Shown one piece after another: positions 45,253 to 53,822 of a stretch of 64,000 nucleotides of DNA; position 1 is the stretch's first letter; every line of letters begins with the position of its first letter. A program made the position numbers and the translations under genes. The stretch lies in the IMG/VR virus record IMGVR_UViG_3300050509_000221, positions 1 through 64,000 of that record. The stretch is one strand, 5' to 3'. This DNA is from a virus (lineage: Duplodnaviria > Caudoviricetes). The notes below the pieces were generated by a model. The model was not told where the DNA came from. It made no database searches and saw only the letters and a list, made by a program, of their open reading frames with translations.

Positions 45253-45815
45253 GCGGTGTGCTTCGCGCGTTGATCCGCCACCTCGTCGCGTTGCTGTGCG
45301 ACCTGTTCGATGAGCTCGCGGCCTCGTGCTCGTTGCGCTTCGATTTCGACGTGTTCGACGCGGGCTTCGATCTTCACCGGCTTGTCGAGGCCGAGAAGCC
45401 GGGCGGTGCGGTCGTGGGAGGCGTGCATCTTGTCGAGCGCGGCGAGGCGCACGTCGGGCTTCTGGGCGGGGTCGAGAGCGATCGTCGCTGCGACTTGGCG
45501 GGTGCGGTCCAAGATGGCGAGTTGCCGGTCGACGTGCGCCTCGAATGTCTCGGTGGTGCGTTCACGCCACTGGCCGCGGATCCAGATGATGTCGCGGTGG
45601 ATGGTGCCGGTCCCGACATGGAGGGCGTCGGCCATGACGCGTTGCGGGGTGCCCTGGAAGAGCATGTCGGCGACAGCTCGTCGGCGGAGCGCGATGCGGT
45701 CCTTCTTCGCTCGGCGGTGTGCCTTCGCTTCGCGTTCCGCTTCTCGGTCGGCCCATTCGGCCCGGAACCGTTGCCACCATTCGCTGTTGTTGAGCGGGGC
45801 GATCTCGGCGTTCAT
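45249..45815 (-). CDS. terS: Terminase small subunit
   Basis: HTH (QRVMADALHVGTGTIHRD) plus RTARLLGLDKPVKIE; directly upstream of terL. Confidence 0.75.
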   Translation of the reverse strand: MNAEIAPLNNSEWWQRFRAEWADREAEREAKAHRRAKKDRIALRRRAVADMLFQGTPQRVMADALHVGTGTIHRDIIWIRGQWRERTTETFEAHVDRQLAILDRTRQVAATIALDPAQKPDVRLAALDKMHASHDRTARLLGLDKPVKIEARVEHVEIEAQRARGRELIEQVAQQRDEVADQRAKHTA

Positions 45816-46087
45816 GCCGCTCGTCGCCGGCGACGCTGGTTCGGGTTGAGGCCACCCCACATGCCGTGGTCGATCTTGTTCACGACCGCGAAGTCGCGAC
45901 ACGCCGCCCGGACCGGGCACTCGGCGCAGATCCGTTTCGCTTCATGGTCGTACGCGACGGCCCCCGGGCCTGGTGGTACGAGCTCGGGGAACCAGAGGTC
46001 GGGGTTGGGGTGGTCTCGGCAGGCGGCGTCGGTCATCCAGTCGTCGTCGCCGATCGGGGCGAGGAGTGACAGGGCTGGCCCGGTCAT
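45812..46087 (-). CDS. whiB: WhiB-family transcription factor
   Basis: WM.DAAC...CAECPVRAAC...GMWGG. Confidence 0.9.
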   Translation of the reverse strand: MTGPALSLLAPIGDDDWMTDAACRDHPNPDLWFPELVPPGPGAVAYDHEAKRICAECPVRAACRDFAVVNKIDHGMWGGLNPNQRRRRRAA

Positions 46088-46386
46088 GCTGCTGCTCCGG
46101 TGACAGCAACGCCGGCGGCTTCCCACAGGCAGTGACGCACCATCGCTTCGGTGTCGCCAAGGTTGACGGGTTGGGCCTTCACGAGACCGTCGATCATGTC
46201 GGACGCGATGGCGTGGGGGTCTCGGTCGAGTCGGATCGAGATGACCACTTGGCTGGGGTGTCGGCGGAGGGTGCGGTCGCTGTCGACGTGGGGTGGTGAA
46301 CGAAACGCGGGCGCGACGAGACCGAGTCGGGTGGCCTCGACTTGGAGGCTGCGGGCTATGCGCGCGAACTCGGTGGCGCTCGTCAC
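46084..46386 (-). CDS. Conserved hypothetical protein (paralog of 55996-56310)
   Basis: EF..AR......GL..PAFR.PP motif shared. Confidence 0.7.
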   Translation of the reverse strand: MTSATEFARIARSLQVEATRLGLVAPAFRSPPHVDSDRTLRRHPSQVVISIRLDRDPHAIASDMIDGLVKAQPVNLGDTEAMVRHCLWEAAGVAVTGAAA

Positions 46387-46395
46387 ACCATGCGG

Positions 46396-46409
46396 TCTAA
46401 CCCGTTAGA
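46396..46409. promoter_or_regulatory. TCTA-N6-TAGA operator
   Basis: TCTAACCCGTTAGA, 9 nt upstream of GTG 46386. Confidence 0.75.
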
Positions 46410-46651
46410 GCCTCGGGGGGTTGGACTGCGGCGTGGCGGTCACGGAGGTACTCGGCCAGTTTGCGGAGGGTCCGCATGCTGGGCGGGCCGCCGACATGCC
46501 AGTGGGTGGGGTTGAACGGGCAACGGTACGCGGCGATCTGTTCCCCTCGTTCACGTTGGTAGACAGCGAGGCGCATCGCGCCGGCACGGGTGCGGCGCTT
46601 CTTGCGTCCGCAGACCCACCAGCGGAGCCGGTCGAGCTGCTCGGGTGCCAC
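46397..46651 (-). CDS. Small zinc-finger-like protein
   Basis: CGRKKR...AYRCPF...WHVG; RBS GGAGG. Confidence 0.65.
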   Translation of the reverse strand: MAPEQLDRLRWWVCGRKKRRTRAGAMRLAVYQRERGEQIAAYRCPFNPTHWHVGGPPSMRTLRKLAEYLRDRHAAVQPPEALTG

Positions 46652-46718
46652 GATCTGTGCCTCCCAGTCGGGGACGGTGATCCTCCACCGTCACGCGCCC
46701 GACGAGAGGGACCAGCGG

Positions 46719-46732
46719 TCTAGCCGGGTAGA
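46719..46732. promoter_or_regulatory. TCTA-N6-TAGA operator
   Basis: TCTAGCCGGGTAGA, exact reverse complement of 10041-10054. Confidence 0.75.
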
Positions 46733-46823
46733 GCCGGGCGTGGAGGGGTTGCGGGAGCAGAACAAATGCCATTGATGGGATTCGTTCCGAGAGTGGCAGA
46801 GGCTAGCGGGCGTCAATCGGGCG

Positions 46824-47744
46824 TCACGCCGCGGACTCCTCCGACTCACGTTCACGGTCCGCCTTGAGGCGCTCGAGCTTCTCCACCAACACCACCTCCG
46901 GGGCCTGCTCGGAGAGGTCGATCACCTCGCCCGCGTCGAGACCAAGATGGTGGATCAGACGACGAGCCTGGCCGGTCGTGCGACCCCAGATCCCCACCGT
47001 GTACGTCGAAGCCAACGCGAGACGGAGACACTCGAACGCGACCGGGCACCGTCCACACACCTCGAGTGCGGCATCGGCTGGGATGCCCCGCTCCGGGAAG
47101 AACGGGGCCTGACGGGTGCGGGCGTCACCGTCGAGATGTCGACATGCCGCGTTGCGTCGCCACTGGCCGTCGTCACCATCGACGATCGGCCATGCTCCTG
47201 CCGGGTCGTCACCATCCGCGACCACCGGGGGGAACACCCCGACGTGCAACGCGGCGATGCGATCCACGGTGCGTTGCCGGGCGAACGGGCGGAGCTCCAC
47301 AGCCTGGGCATGTGACCCGGCACCGAACACCTCGCGGACCAGTTCTCGTTCGGACCAGCCGGCGTCACGCAACGCGTCGAGTTGCTCACGGGCCCGGTCC
47401 GAGACGACCAGCGCGCCCGCCGCCCGAGGTGATGGCATCACGCCAAGGAGGCGTTCCTTCGTCGCTGGTCGTACCCGGTCCGCTTCACCCGCGACGATGC
47501 GGTAGACGGTCCTGGGTGCGACACCGGCACGGCGGGCGATCTCGGGAAGACCCAACCCTTCGGACCGCAACAACTCGAGGTGGGCGCGCACCTGCCCCGG
47601 TGGCGCGAGACGCGGGACGGAGATCGCGTCGGGGCGGGCCGCGCGGCGTTTCTCGCCCCGCCAGTACGCGCGCACCGCGGTCGTGCAGTCCGGGCAGTGG
47701 CAGCCGTTCCAGTAGCCACGCACATCACGCGTGCAGTCGCTCAC
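46824..47744 (-). CDS. HTH-WhiB fusion regulator
   Basis: GCHCPDC N-terminus, EIARRAGVAPRTVYRI HTH, C-terminal AAC...CGRCPVAFEC...GIWG. Confidence 0.75.
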   Translation of the reverse strand: MSDCTRDVRGYWNGCHCPDCTTAVRAYWRGEKRRAARPDAISVPRLAPPGQVRAHLELLRSEGLGLPEIARRAGVAPRTVYRIVAGEADRVRPATKERLLGVMPSPRAAGALVVSDRAREQLDALRDAGWSERELVREVFGAGSHAQAVELRPFARQRTVDRIAALHVGVFPPVVADGDDPAGAWPIVDGDDGQWRRNAACRHLDGDARTRQAPFFPERGIPADAALEVCGRCPVAFECLRLALASTYTVGIWGRTTGQARRLIHHLGLDAGEVIDLSEQAPEVVLVEKLERLKADRERESEESAA

Positions 47745-47789
47745 CGTGTTCCTACCCTCCTGTCTTCATGAACGAGGCGACGGGCGCGC

Positions 47790-48149
47790 TCATGGGGTGT
47801 GCTCCCCACCAGCCGCCCCACGGCGACGCGCGCCGGGCCATACGCGAGCAACCATCGCGTGGTGTCCAGCTCTGGCTTCTTCGATCGTCGCGTAACGGTC
47901 CTGCTCGCCGTCGAGATCGCCACCGAACACCATCGTCTCGAAGATGACCGGAGGACCCTGCCCCCACGAGTGGTCGATGCCGATCCACGTGGTCGACACC
48001 ACGACCCCGTGATGTTGCGTCAACCCGACGCGTGTCGGGTCGTCATCAGGCGTCGACCACTCGCCGCCGCCGCGCAGCCTTGCCAGCTTCAACGCCATCC
48101 ACTGGTCGCCGTCGATGGGCTGTCCAGCGAGGTCGTAGTAGTCACTCAC
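47790..48149 (-). CDS. Conserved phage hypothetical protein
   Basis: VSTTWIGIDH...PPVIFETMVFGG motif. Confidence 0.65.
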   Translation of the reverse strand: MSDYYDLAGQPIDGDQWMALKLARLRGGGEWSTPDDDPTRVGLTQHHGVVVSTTWIGIDHSWGQGPPVIFETMVFGGDLDGEQDRYATIEEARAGHHAMVARVWPGARRRGAAGGEHTP

Positions 48150-48189
48150 GTCCGGGTCTCCGCGTTTCCCATTTTCATTGCTCCTGTTC

Positions 48190-48618
48190 TTAGGTTGGGT
48201 TGAGAACCCCACCAGACGCGGGTGCGTTCTTCACGCGCCACAACACGGGAGGCTCGCTTCTGACGATGTGATGCCCCTCGCTCGGCTCCATCGTTTCTGT
48301 GATGTGGAGTGGCAGGGTGCTCTCACCAGAACCACCACAGACCGAACATGAGTCGAACACGCGAATAGGCGCACCCGCAGCGAGGGACGCTCCTTGGTCG
48401 ATACGACTCTCGCCCTCACCTGTTCCCCCGCACGTTTCGCATGGGGCTTTGACAGCGAACACCGCACGTAGAGCAACGCGCTGGGCAACCCTCATGCGCT
48501 CCCGTACGTCCTCGCTAGTTGCAGCCCACGTCAACGACGCAGGCGTCCCGTCGCTCCACGTCTGTCCCTCGTACCACGCTTTTGCGCCTGCTTCGATGAG
48601 TGCAGGGTGAATGTCCAT
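48190..48618 (-). CDS. DnaJ-type zinc-finger protein
   Basis: CETCGGTG and CSVCGGSG. Confidence 0.6.
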   Translation of the reverse strand: MDIHPALIEAGAKAWYEGQTWSDGTPASLTWAATSEDVRERMRVAQRVALRAVFAVKAPCETCGGTGEGESRIDQGASLAAGAPIRVFDSCSVCGGSGESTLPLHITETMEPSEGHHIVRSEPPVLWRVKNAPASGGVLNPT

Positions 48619-48775
48619 CACGCTTCCTCCACACGATGTGGCCCAACGTTCGGGACGATCCGATCCCACACCCGACGCAACACCTCGGCCCGCTCGCGGG
48701 TGTGCGTGTTCAACGAGTGCGGGGTGCCGTCCGCGCGGACAACCCGATACCTGACATCCAGCAGAGCTGGCGTGC

Positions 48776-49921
48776 TCACCTGGACTCCTCAAGACAAAGA
48801 GACGCGAGAACCGCGTGCGCGAGCCGCGGCGGAATCGCGTTGCCGATCTGCTCAAACTGCTTCGTCTTCGTACCCTGCACCGGGTAGTCGGGACGGAACG
48901 ATTGCAGGATCAGCGCATCACGGACGGTGAGCTTGATCGGCTCGACACCGGTACCTTCCCCTGCGGCTGCGGCTGCGGCGTCGAGCGCGTCGCGTCCTTG
49001 CATCCCGTCGTCGTGATGGCAACGCGGCGACACACGCGGGTCACCACCCAGCGTCGTGGACGGCTGTTCCCACCACCACTGGCCCCCCGCCTTCGCCGAG
49101 AGCGCGGGCGCGGGCGCGGAACCATCGCGCGTCTGACGATTGCCGTCCTCGTCCTGACCGCGGTTCGTGTGCAACGTGAAGCGCCAGTTGCCGTTGTCGG
49201 CCGCCGACGTGATCGTCGGAGCCGGCTGCACATCGTCTCGCACACACCCGTTGCTTTGGTTGTGGTCTCCGAAGCGGAACCCTGACCAGCCGAGAGCTTC
49301 GGCCATCGACACCCACGGGGCGAGCTCACCCAACAACGTCGACGCGCCACCCCGACAATGCGTCGGCACCGGAGGCACCACCTGACGGCGACGGTGCGCC
49401 ATCAAGATCGCCCGCCGGCGGGTCTGTGGCACCCCGTAATCCGCCGCGTTCAACACCCCACACCACACCGACCAACCCAACGCCTGGAGCGTCTGGCGGT
49501 ACTGCTCCCACACCGGGACCACATCAGGGACCTGCTCGAGCGCGATCCATTCGGGCACCAACGTCAACGCGTAGCGGAGCGGCTCGAGGACGAGACCGGT
49601 ACGGGGATCGTCGAAGTCGGGAGCCGGATGCCAGCCGGTGACACACGACCGGACATGGTCGATGACCTTCGCGAGGTCAGCGATCCCAGAGCGGTTCCCC
49701 GCCGTGGAGAACGTCTGGCATGGCGGCGACGCGATCAACCCCGACACGCGGCGGTACGCGGCAAGGTTGAGTGCGGCGACATCGGCGCGCATGGTCGCGT
49801 GGCCGGCTGCGGCGCGTGTCGCGCACGCAGCGGCGTCGGTCTCGATGCCGAGCGGGTACAGCTTGAGGGGCCGGGCGCCCTCGTCCCAGCCTCCCGGACC
49901 TCCGAACGGGTTGACGATCAC
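48776..49921 (-). CDS. DNA (cytosine-5)-methyltransferase
   Basis: PFGGPGG (motif I), SPPCQTFS (IV), EQV (VI), YGVPQTRRR (VIII), QIGNAIPP (X). Confidence 0.9.
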   Translation of the reverse strand: MIVNPFGGPGGWDEGARPLKLYPLGIETDAAACATRAAAGHATMRADVAALNLAAYRRVSGLIASPPCQTFSTAGNRSGIADLAKVIDHVRSCVTGWHPAPDFDDPRTGLVLEPLRYALTLVPEWIALEQVPDVVPVWEQYRQTLQALGWSVWCGVLNAADYGVPQTRRRAILMAHRRRQVVPPVPTHCRGGASTLLGELAPWVSMAEALGWSGFRFGDHNQSNGCVRDDVQPAPTITSAADNGNWRFTLHTNRGQDEDGNRQTRDGSAPAPALSAKAGGQWWWEQPSTTLGGDPRVSPRCHHDDGMQGRDALDAAAAAAGEGTGVEPIKLTVRDALILQSFRPDYPVQGTKTKQFEQIGNAIPPRLAHAVLASLCLEESR

Positions 49922-49948
49922 GTCGCACCCCGGCGCGACACTCCGTGG

Positions 49949-50173
49949 GTGGAGATCCCCGACGACGACACCGCGATGCTCGAGCTCGCCGCCACGTACG
50001 GCCTGACCCTCGTCGAAGAGACGCGCGACGGTGTGGTGGTGTGGTCGTGTCGGGATGAGCGACGGTCGTGGCAGCCGTACGCGTTGGAGCGGCAGATCAC
50101 CGTCGACCTGATCCGTGAGCGGGTGCGCCAGCTCGGGCATGACCCGCGGCCGATGGACCAGCGTCCCGGCTGA
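49949..50173 (+). CDS. Possible small opposite-strand gene
   Basis: Protein-like sequence EIPDDDTAMLELAATYGLTLVEE...; the minus-strand frame here is not MTase-like. Confidence 0.4.
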   Translation: MEIPDDDTAMLELAATYGLTLVEETRDGVVVWSCRDERRSWQPYALERQITVDLIRERVRQLGHDPRPMDQRPG

Positions 50174-50180
50174 CGGCCGC

Positions 50181-50915
50181 TCATTGCGTCCAGTCCTTCT
50201 CGGTGGGATACCAGATCACGTCCCGTCTCCTGTCGGCACGGTCGTCCTCCCACTTCGGGTACCAGAGACCGGGACGGCCTCGCATCGGAACCGGCGCGCA
50301 TGTGCCACGCCCGTCGCACGTCGGGCACCGCTCGGCGTGCAGGTCGTACGACTCGTCGGGAACGAGCAGAGTTGTCCCCCAGCAGTGGGGGCATCGACGA
50401 GACGTCGGCTCCACATCCGACAGAATCCAGGCGAAGTTCCCCGGCGAGAAGTCGCCGAACGGGCGTTGGTCCTCGATGCGAGTGCGAGTGCAGACGTCAT
50501 AGCCGCCGTCAGCGCGGAAGCTGCCGGTGAGCCACAGTCCGCCCTGCTGGTGAGCGAGAGGTCCGTCGTGCGGATAGTCCGCGATACGGGCGCGCGCCCG
50601 GTCGGGGTAGCCATGACCGCTGGTGATCGGGACGCAGTCCTCAACGACGCAGGACGCCACCACCGCACCAAGCGTCAGGACGTGCTCGACGTACGGGACG
50701 TTGCCCACGGTCCACATCTTCGGGACGGAACCGATCCATCCCCACGCCCAGCCGCCCGCTTCACCCATCGAGCGGAACGTCGAGCCCGCGTGGAGTCGGA
50801 GTCGTCCCCCGATCAACTCCGGAGGACACGCCGACGACCGAGTGAGCATCGAGACGACACCAGCCTCGACGAGCGCAGGGAGCGGCTGGGTGAGAGTGAG
50901 CGCAGGAACGGTCAC
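50181..50915 (-). CDS. ASCH-domain protein with zinc finger
   Basis: ALTLTQP..ALV..G...TR...LRLHAG; CPHC and CPTC. Confidence 0.65.
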   Translation of the reverse strand: MTVPALTLTQPLPALVEAGVVSMLTRSSACPPELIGGRLRLHAGSTFRSMGEAGGWAWGWIGSVPKMWTVGNVPYVEHVLTLGAVVASCVVEDCVPITSGHGYPDRARARIADYPHDGPLAHQQGGLWLTGSFRADGGYDVCTRTRIEDQRPFGDFSPGNFAWILSDVEPTSRRCPHCWGTTLLVPDESYDLHAERCPTCDGRGTCAPVPMRGRPGLWYPKWEDDRADRRRDVIWYPTEKDWTQ

Positions 50916-51223
50916 GACGCGTCCCCGATCGCTTCGATGCGCGCCACCGGGTTCGGTTCGGACCAGTCGACAGGGGCCGAACGCTCGATGGTCACATTCG
51001 CCCCGTACCGAGCGAAAAGTCGAGCGCGAGCGGTCGCACCCGAGAGCGAGAAGTACGAGCGCACCCGCGGCCACCGGAACGGAGCGGTCTCGTCCAGAGT
51101 GAACCACTCCGGCTCCCAGCCTTCGGGTTCCCAGCCGGGCGCGTCGCTGCCTTCCGGGTACTCGACCACCAGGCGGTACACGAACATCGACCGGGGCTCA
51201 GTGAGCGCAGGAACGTCAGTCAT
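50912..51223 (-). CDS. Hypothetical protein
   Basis: Coupled ORF; RSYFSLSGA..RA.LF..YG motif. Confidence 0.6.
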   Translation of the reverse strand: MTDVPALTEPRSMFVYRLVVEYPEGSDAPGWEPEGWEPEWFTLDETAPFRWPRVRSYFSLSGATARARLFARYGANVTIERSAPVDWSEPNPVARIEAIGDAS

Positions 51224-51420
51224 CGGCGAGCCTCGAACTTGTCGTACAGCACGCCCCACAACGGAGTGCAGCAGCCGACCGCGACGGCAACGTTCCTGAG
51301 GATGCGCCGACGATTCCGGCGCGCACGGTCCTTGCGCTCCCACTCCGCAAGTCGAATGGCCGCCTCCACCATGCTCAGGGGATCGCGCGTCGGTCGCTCA
51401 CCCATTGGTGGGTTCCCCAC
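51220..51420 (-). CDS. Small hypothetical protein
   Basis: Coupled ORF; start uncertain. Confidence 0.45.
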   Translation of the reverse strand: MGNPPMGERPTRDPLSMVEAAIRLAEWERKDRARRNRRRILRNVAVAVGCCTPLWGVLYDKFEARR

Positions 51421-52177
51421 CAGAAAGCGCGGCAGCCAGCGCGGTGTGGGCGTTACCGAGGGTCGCTGTCATGATCTCCAACCGGTGACGAGCGAGCTTC
51501 ACGGCCTGGTCATCGGTAACGACGGCCTTGACCGCCGCGAGTACGTCGTCACGCGACACGTACCCCCACACCGAACGGTCGGCGTTCGACCATGTCGCGA
51601 TCGGGATGCCTGTTGCTTCCTCGGCCGCAGCGACCTTGGCGCGCAGCTCCGCCAGCGCCTCGACTCCCGACTCGCGCTCACCCTCGGCGCGACCTCGTTC
51701 GTGACCACGATCGAACCCACGGGACTCCGCCCGCTGCAACGCGCCGGACCCGGCGTCCTGTGCGGCGCGCAGTAGGCCGATGGACTGCGACCAAGTGAAC
51801 GGTTCGCGCCCATGCCTCTGTGCCTGGACGACCACCGACGCAACTCCGGCCGACACCCCGAGCAGCCCCCATGCAGGCGGTAGCTCGTCACGCACCTTTG
51901 CCGTCATCTCAGACGGCACCGCGAGCCAGAAACGATCCGAGTGCGTCCACCAGCCATCCGCTTTGCCGATGTCCGCGAGTTCCTTGCGCCAGTCGGTCAT
52001 CGACACCTTGATCTCAACGGCATCGACAGCGAACCCGCGGGACTTCCAGGCCGAGATCGCGACCAGGTCGATCTTGCGTCCCTGCCGCGACGGGTCGAGC
52101 GGTGCTTCCTCGATCACCACGTAGTCGCCATCGGGCCACCGCTTATGCAGCGCCTCGCGAATCTCCGCCGCGTTCAC
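51398..52177 (-). CDS. MmcB-like PD-(D/E)XK nuclease-fold protein
   Basis: RKIDLVA...AVEIKVS..DW..EL...K......RFWLAVP. Confidence 0.75.
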   Translation of the reverse strand: MNAAEIREALHKRWPDGDYVVIEEAPLDPSRQGRKIDLVAISAWKSRGFAVDAVEIKVSMTDWRKELADIGKADGWWTHSDRFWLAVPSEMTAKVRDELPPAWGLLGVSAGVASVVVQAQRHGREPFTWSQSIGLLRAAQDAGSGALQRAESRGFDRGHERGRAEGERESGVEALAELRAKVAAAEEATGIPIATWSNADRSVWGYVSRDDVLAAVKAVVTDDQAVKLARHRLEIMTATLGNAHTALAAALSGGEPTNG

Positions 52178-52962
52178 TGTTCCTCCTCTGTGTCGTACCG
52201 ATCCCCGACCCCGAAATCGAGCACTCCCTGCGCGAGACGCTTCGCAGCGATCTCGCAGTACCGCTCGTCGGCTTCGACCGCGATGGACCGGCATCCGTGT
52301 TGCTTCGCCGCGAGCGACGCCGATCCCGCGCCAGCGAAGAGGTCGAGCACGGTCCCGCCTGGAGGGCAGGAGTAGCGAACCAGTGGCTCGAGGATGCCGA
52401 GCGGCTTCTGCGTCGGGTGCAGCGCACGTCCGTGCTCGGAGCGGCAATAGATCACCGACCGCTGCAGCCGCGGCCCGCCATCCTCGGAGCGGTACACGTT
52501 GTCACCAGTCGCGCCGTGCCACTGCGGCGGGCGGGCCTTCTTGCGAACCGTCCGCGCTGTCGCGTCAGGCGTAGTGACAACCGCCCGATAGATGTTCGCC
52601 CATTCACCCCGGTACCACTGCACCGCCAACTCGTGAACACGGCGGAACCGATCGGCGTGGAAGTTGGAGCCGTTGTGCTTCTCCCACACGACCTCCTGGG
52701 CGATCGACCACTGTGCGAACTCGTCGCTTCGATCGAGGAACATGCGTAGCGACCCGAAGCACCACAGGGGCGCCGACCTCGGAACCTGTTGAGCGACGGC
52801 TTGCGGCCACGAGTCGGGCCAACGGTCCCACTGCAGGTTCGTCTCCGCGTACGGCGGGTCCGCGATAACGGCGTCGATTGACAAGGTGTCGATGAGCGCG
52901 AGCACGCACACCGCGTCGCCGTGGTAGATCGTGATGCCACCCTCGTCGTAATACGGCTTCAC
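52174..52962 (-). CDS. DNA methyltransferase, N6-A/N4-C (beta class)
   Basis: DPPY, HPTQKP, DLFAGAGS. Confidence 0.9.
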   Translation of the reverse strand: MKPYYDEGGITIYHGDAVCVLALIDTLSIDAVIADPPYAETNLQWDRWPDSWPQAVAQQVPRSAPLWCFGSLRMFLDRSDEFAQWSIAQEVVWEKHNGSNFHADRFRRVHELAVQWYRGEWANIYRAVVTTPDATARTVRKKARPPQWHGATGDNVYRSEDGGPRLQRSVIYCRSEHGRALHPTQKPLGILEPLVRYSCPPGGTVLDLFAGAGSASLAAKQHGCRSIAVEADERYCEIAAKRLAQGVLDFGVGDRYDTEEEQ

Positions 52963-53063
52963 GAGTCGTCCTCGTCGTACCGATCCCCGAACGCGTACGC
53001 GACTGCCACACCCACCGCCGCGCCGAACACGACGACCGCAACCGCGACCACCACACGACGCAT
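52959..53063 (-). CDS. Small single-TM peptide
   Basis: Hydrophobic helix; coupled ORF. Confidence 0.45.
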   Translation of the reverse strand: MRRVVVAVAVVVFGAAVGVAVAYAFGDRYDEDDS

Positions 53064-53245
53064 CACGACGCGTCCGTCCGCTTGCGGACACGGCGCTCGA
53101 TCTCTCGGTTCAGCACGATGCCCGCGGCCGCGAAATGCAACGCCAGATCGAGCCACACAACCGGGTTGCCGAGATCGTCATGTCCGGGGTCAGCGAACGG
53201 GAACACTCCGAACAGCGCCACCCACAACAGAACCAGCGTCGTCAT
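53063..53245 (-). CDS. Small two-TM protein
   Basis: Coupled ORF. Confidence 0.5.
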   Translation of the reverse strand: MTTLVLLWVALFGVFPFADPGHDDLGNPVVWLDLALHFAAAGIVLNREIERRVRKRTDAS

Positions 53246-53760
53246 CAGCAGGCGTCCCAGTTGGAGCACCCGGCACCGTTCGCCCACAGGGCACGCGCCG
53301 CGGCGTCTTGCTGCTCGGGTGTCGCCGTCGACAAGTCCAACGGTAAGCCGAGCTTCCCGGCCCACTCGCCCGAGAACTGCCACGCGCCGTAGCAGCCGCG
53401 GCCACCACAACCCGTCGGGTTGTACGCGTTGTAGTCGCCGCCGCTCTCGCGTGCCTTCACTGAGCACGGCGGCAGATCACCGCCGCACGCGTCACCGATC
53501 ACGTTCGGCACAGGCGCGGCAGGCGCGCTCGGCACCACGACCGGCGGGGCTGGTATTTCGATCTCTGGTGGGGCTACAGGCATGGGTTCCGGTTCCGGCG
53601 CGAGCGTCGTCGTCGTTGAACTTGTCGTGGTGGTCAAACTCGTGGTGGTGGGAGTCGCGACGGTCCGTTCAGACGACGGATCGTGAACGGACACGACCGC
53701 GATGACAGCCACGCACACCACGCAACCGATGACGATGGACTTCCAAGGTGAAAAGGACAC
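53245..53760 (-). CDS. Membrane-anchored Rpf-like lytic transglycosylase
   Basis: TM/signal, Thr/Pro linker, CSVKARESGGDY...GAWQF...ATPEQQDAAA..LW..G.G.SNW..C. Confidence 0.8.
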   Translation of the reverse strand: MSFSPWKSIVIGCVVCVAVIAVVSVHDPSSERTVATPTTTSLTTTTSSTTTTLAPEPEPMPVAPPEIEIPAPPVVVPSAPAAPVPNVIGDACGGDLPPCSVKARESGGDYNAYNPTGCGGRGCYGAWQFSGEWAGKLGLPLDLSTATPEQQDAAARALWANGAGCSNWDAC

Positions 53761-53822
53761 GGGTCACGGCGACTCCTGAGAGACGATGGGATCCTCCCGC
53801 GCGGCGGGGCTTCCAGAACGTG

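Larger units (their letters stand above)
1..46740 (-). mobile_element. Temperate siphovirus genome A (non-integrated form, continues left of window)
   Basis: Contiguous terminase-portal-head-tail-lysis-attP-int-repressor-early gene order; attP intact with arm sites on both sides; shared TCTA-N6-TAGA operator from 3458 to 46732. Confidence 0.9.

Noticed and set aside
46755-46790. cos site
   Set aside because: Only an imperfect palindrome; termini cannot be inferred without reads.
51398-52962. Complete type II restriction-modification system
   Set aside because: MmcB-like proteins and orphan MTases are common independent phage genes; adjacency alone is insufficient.
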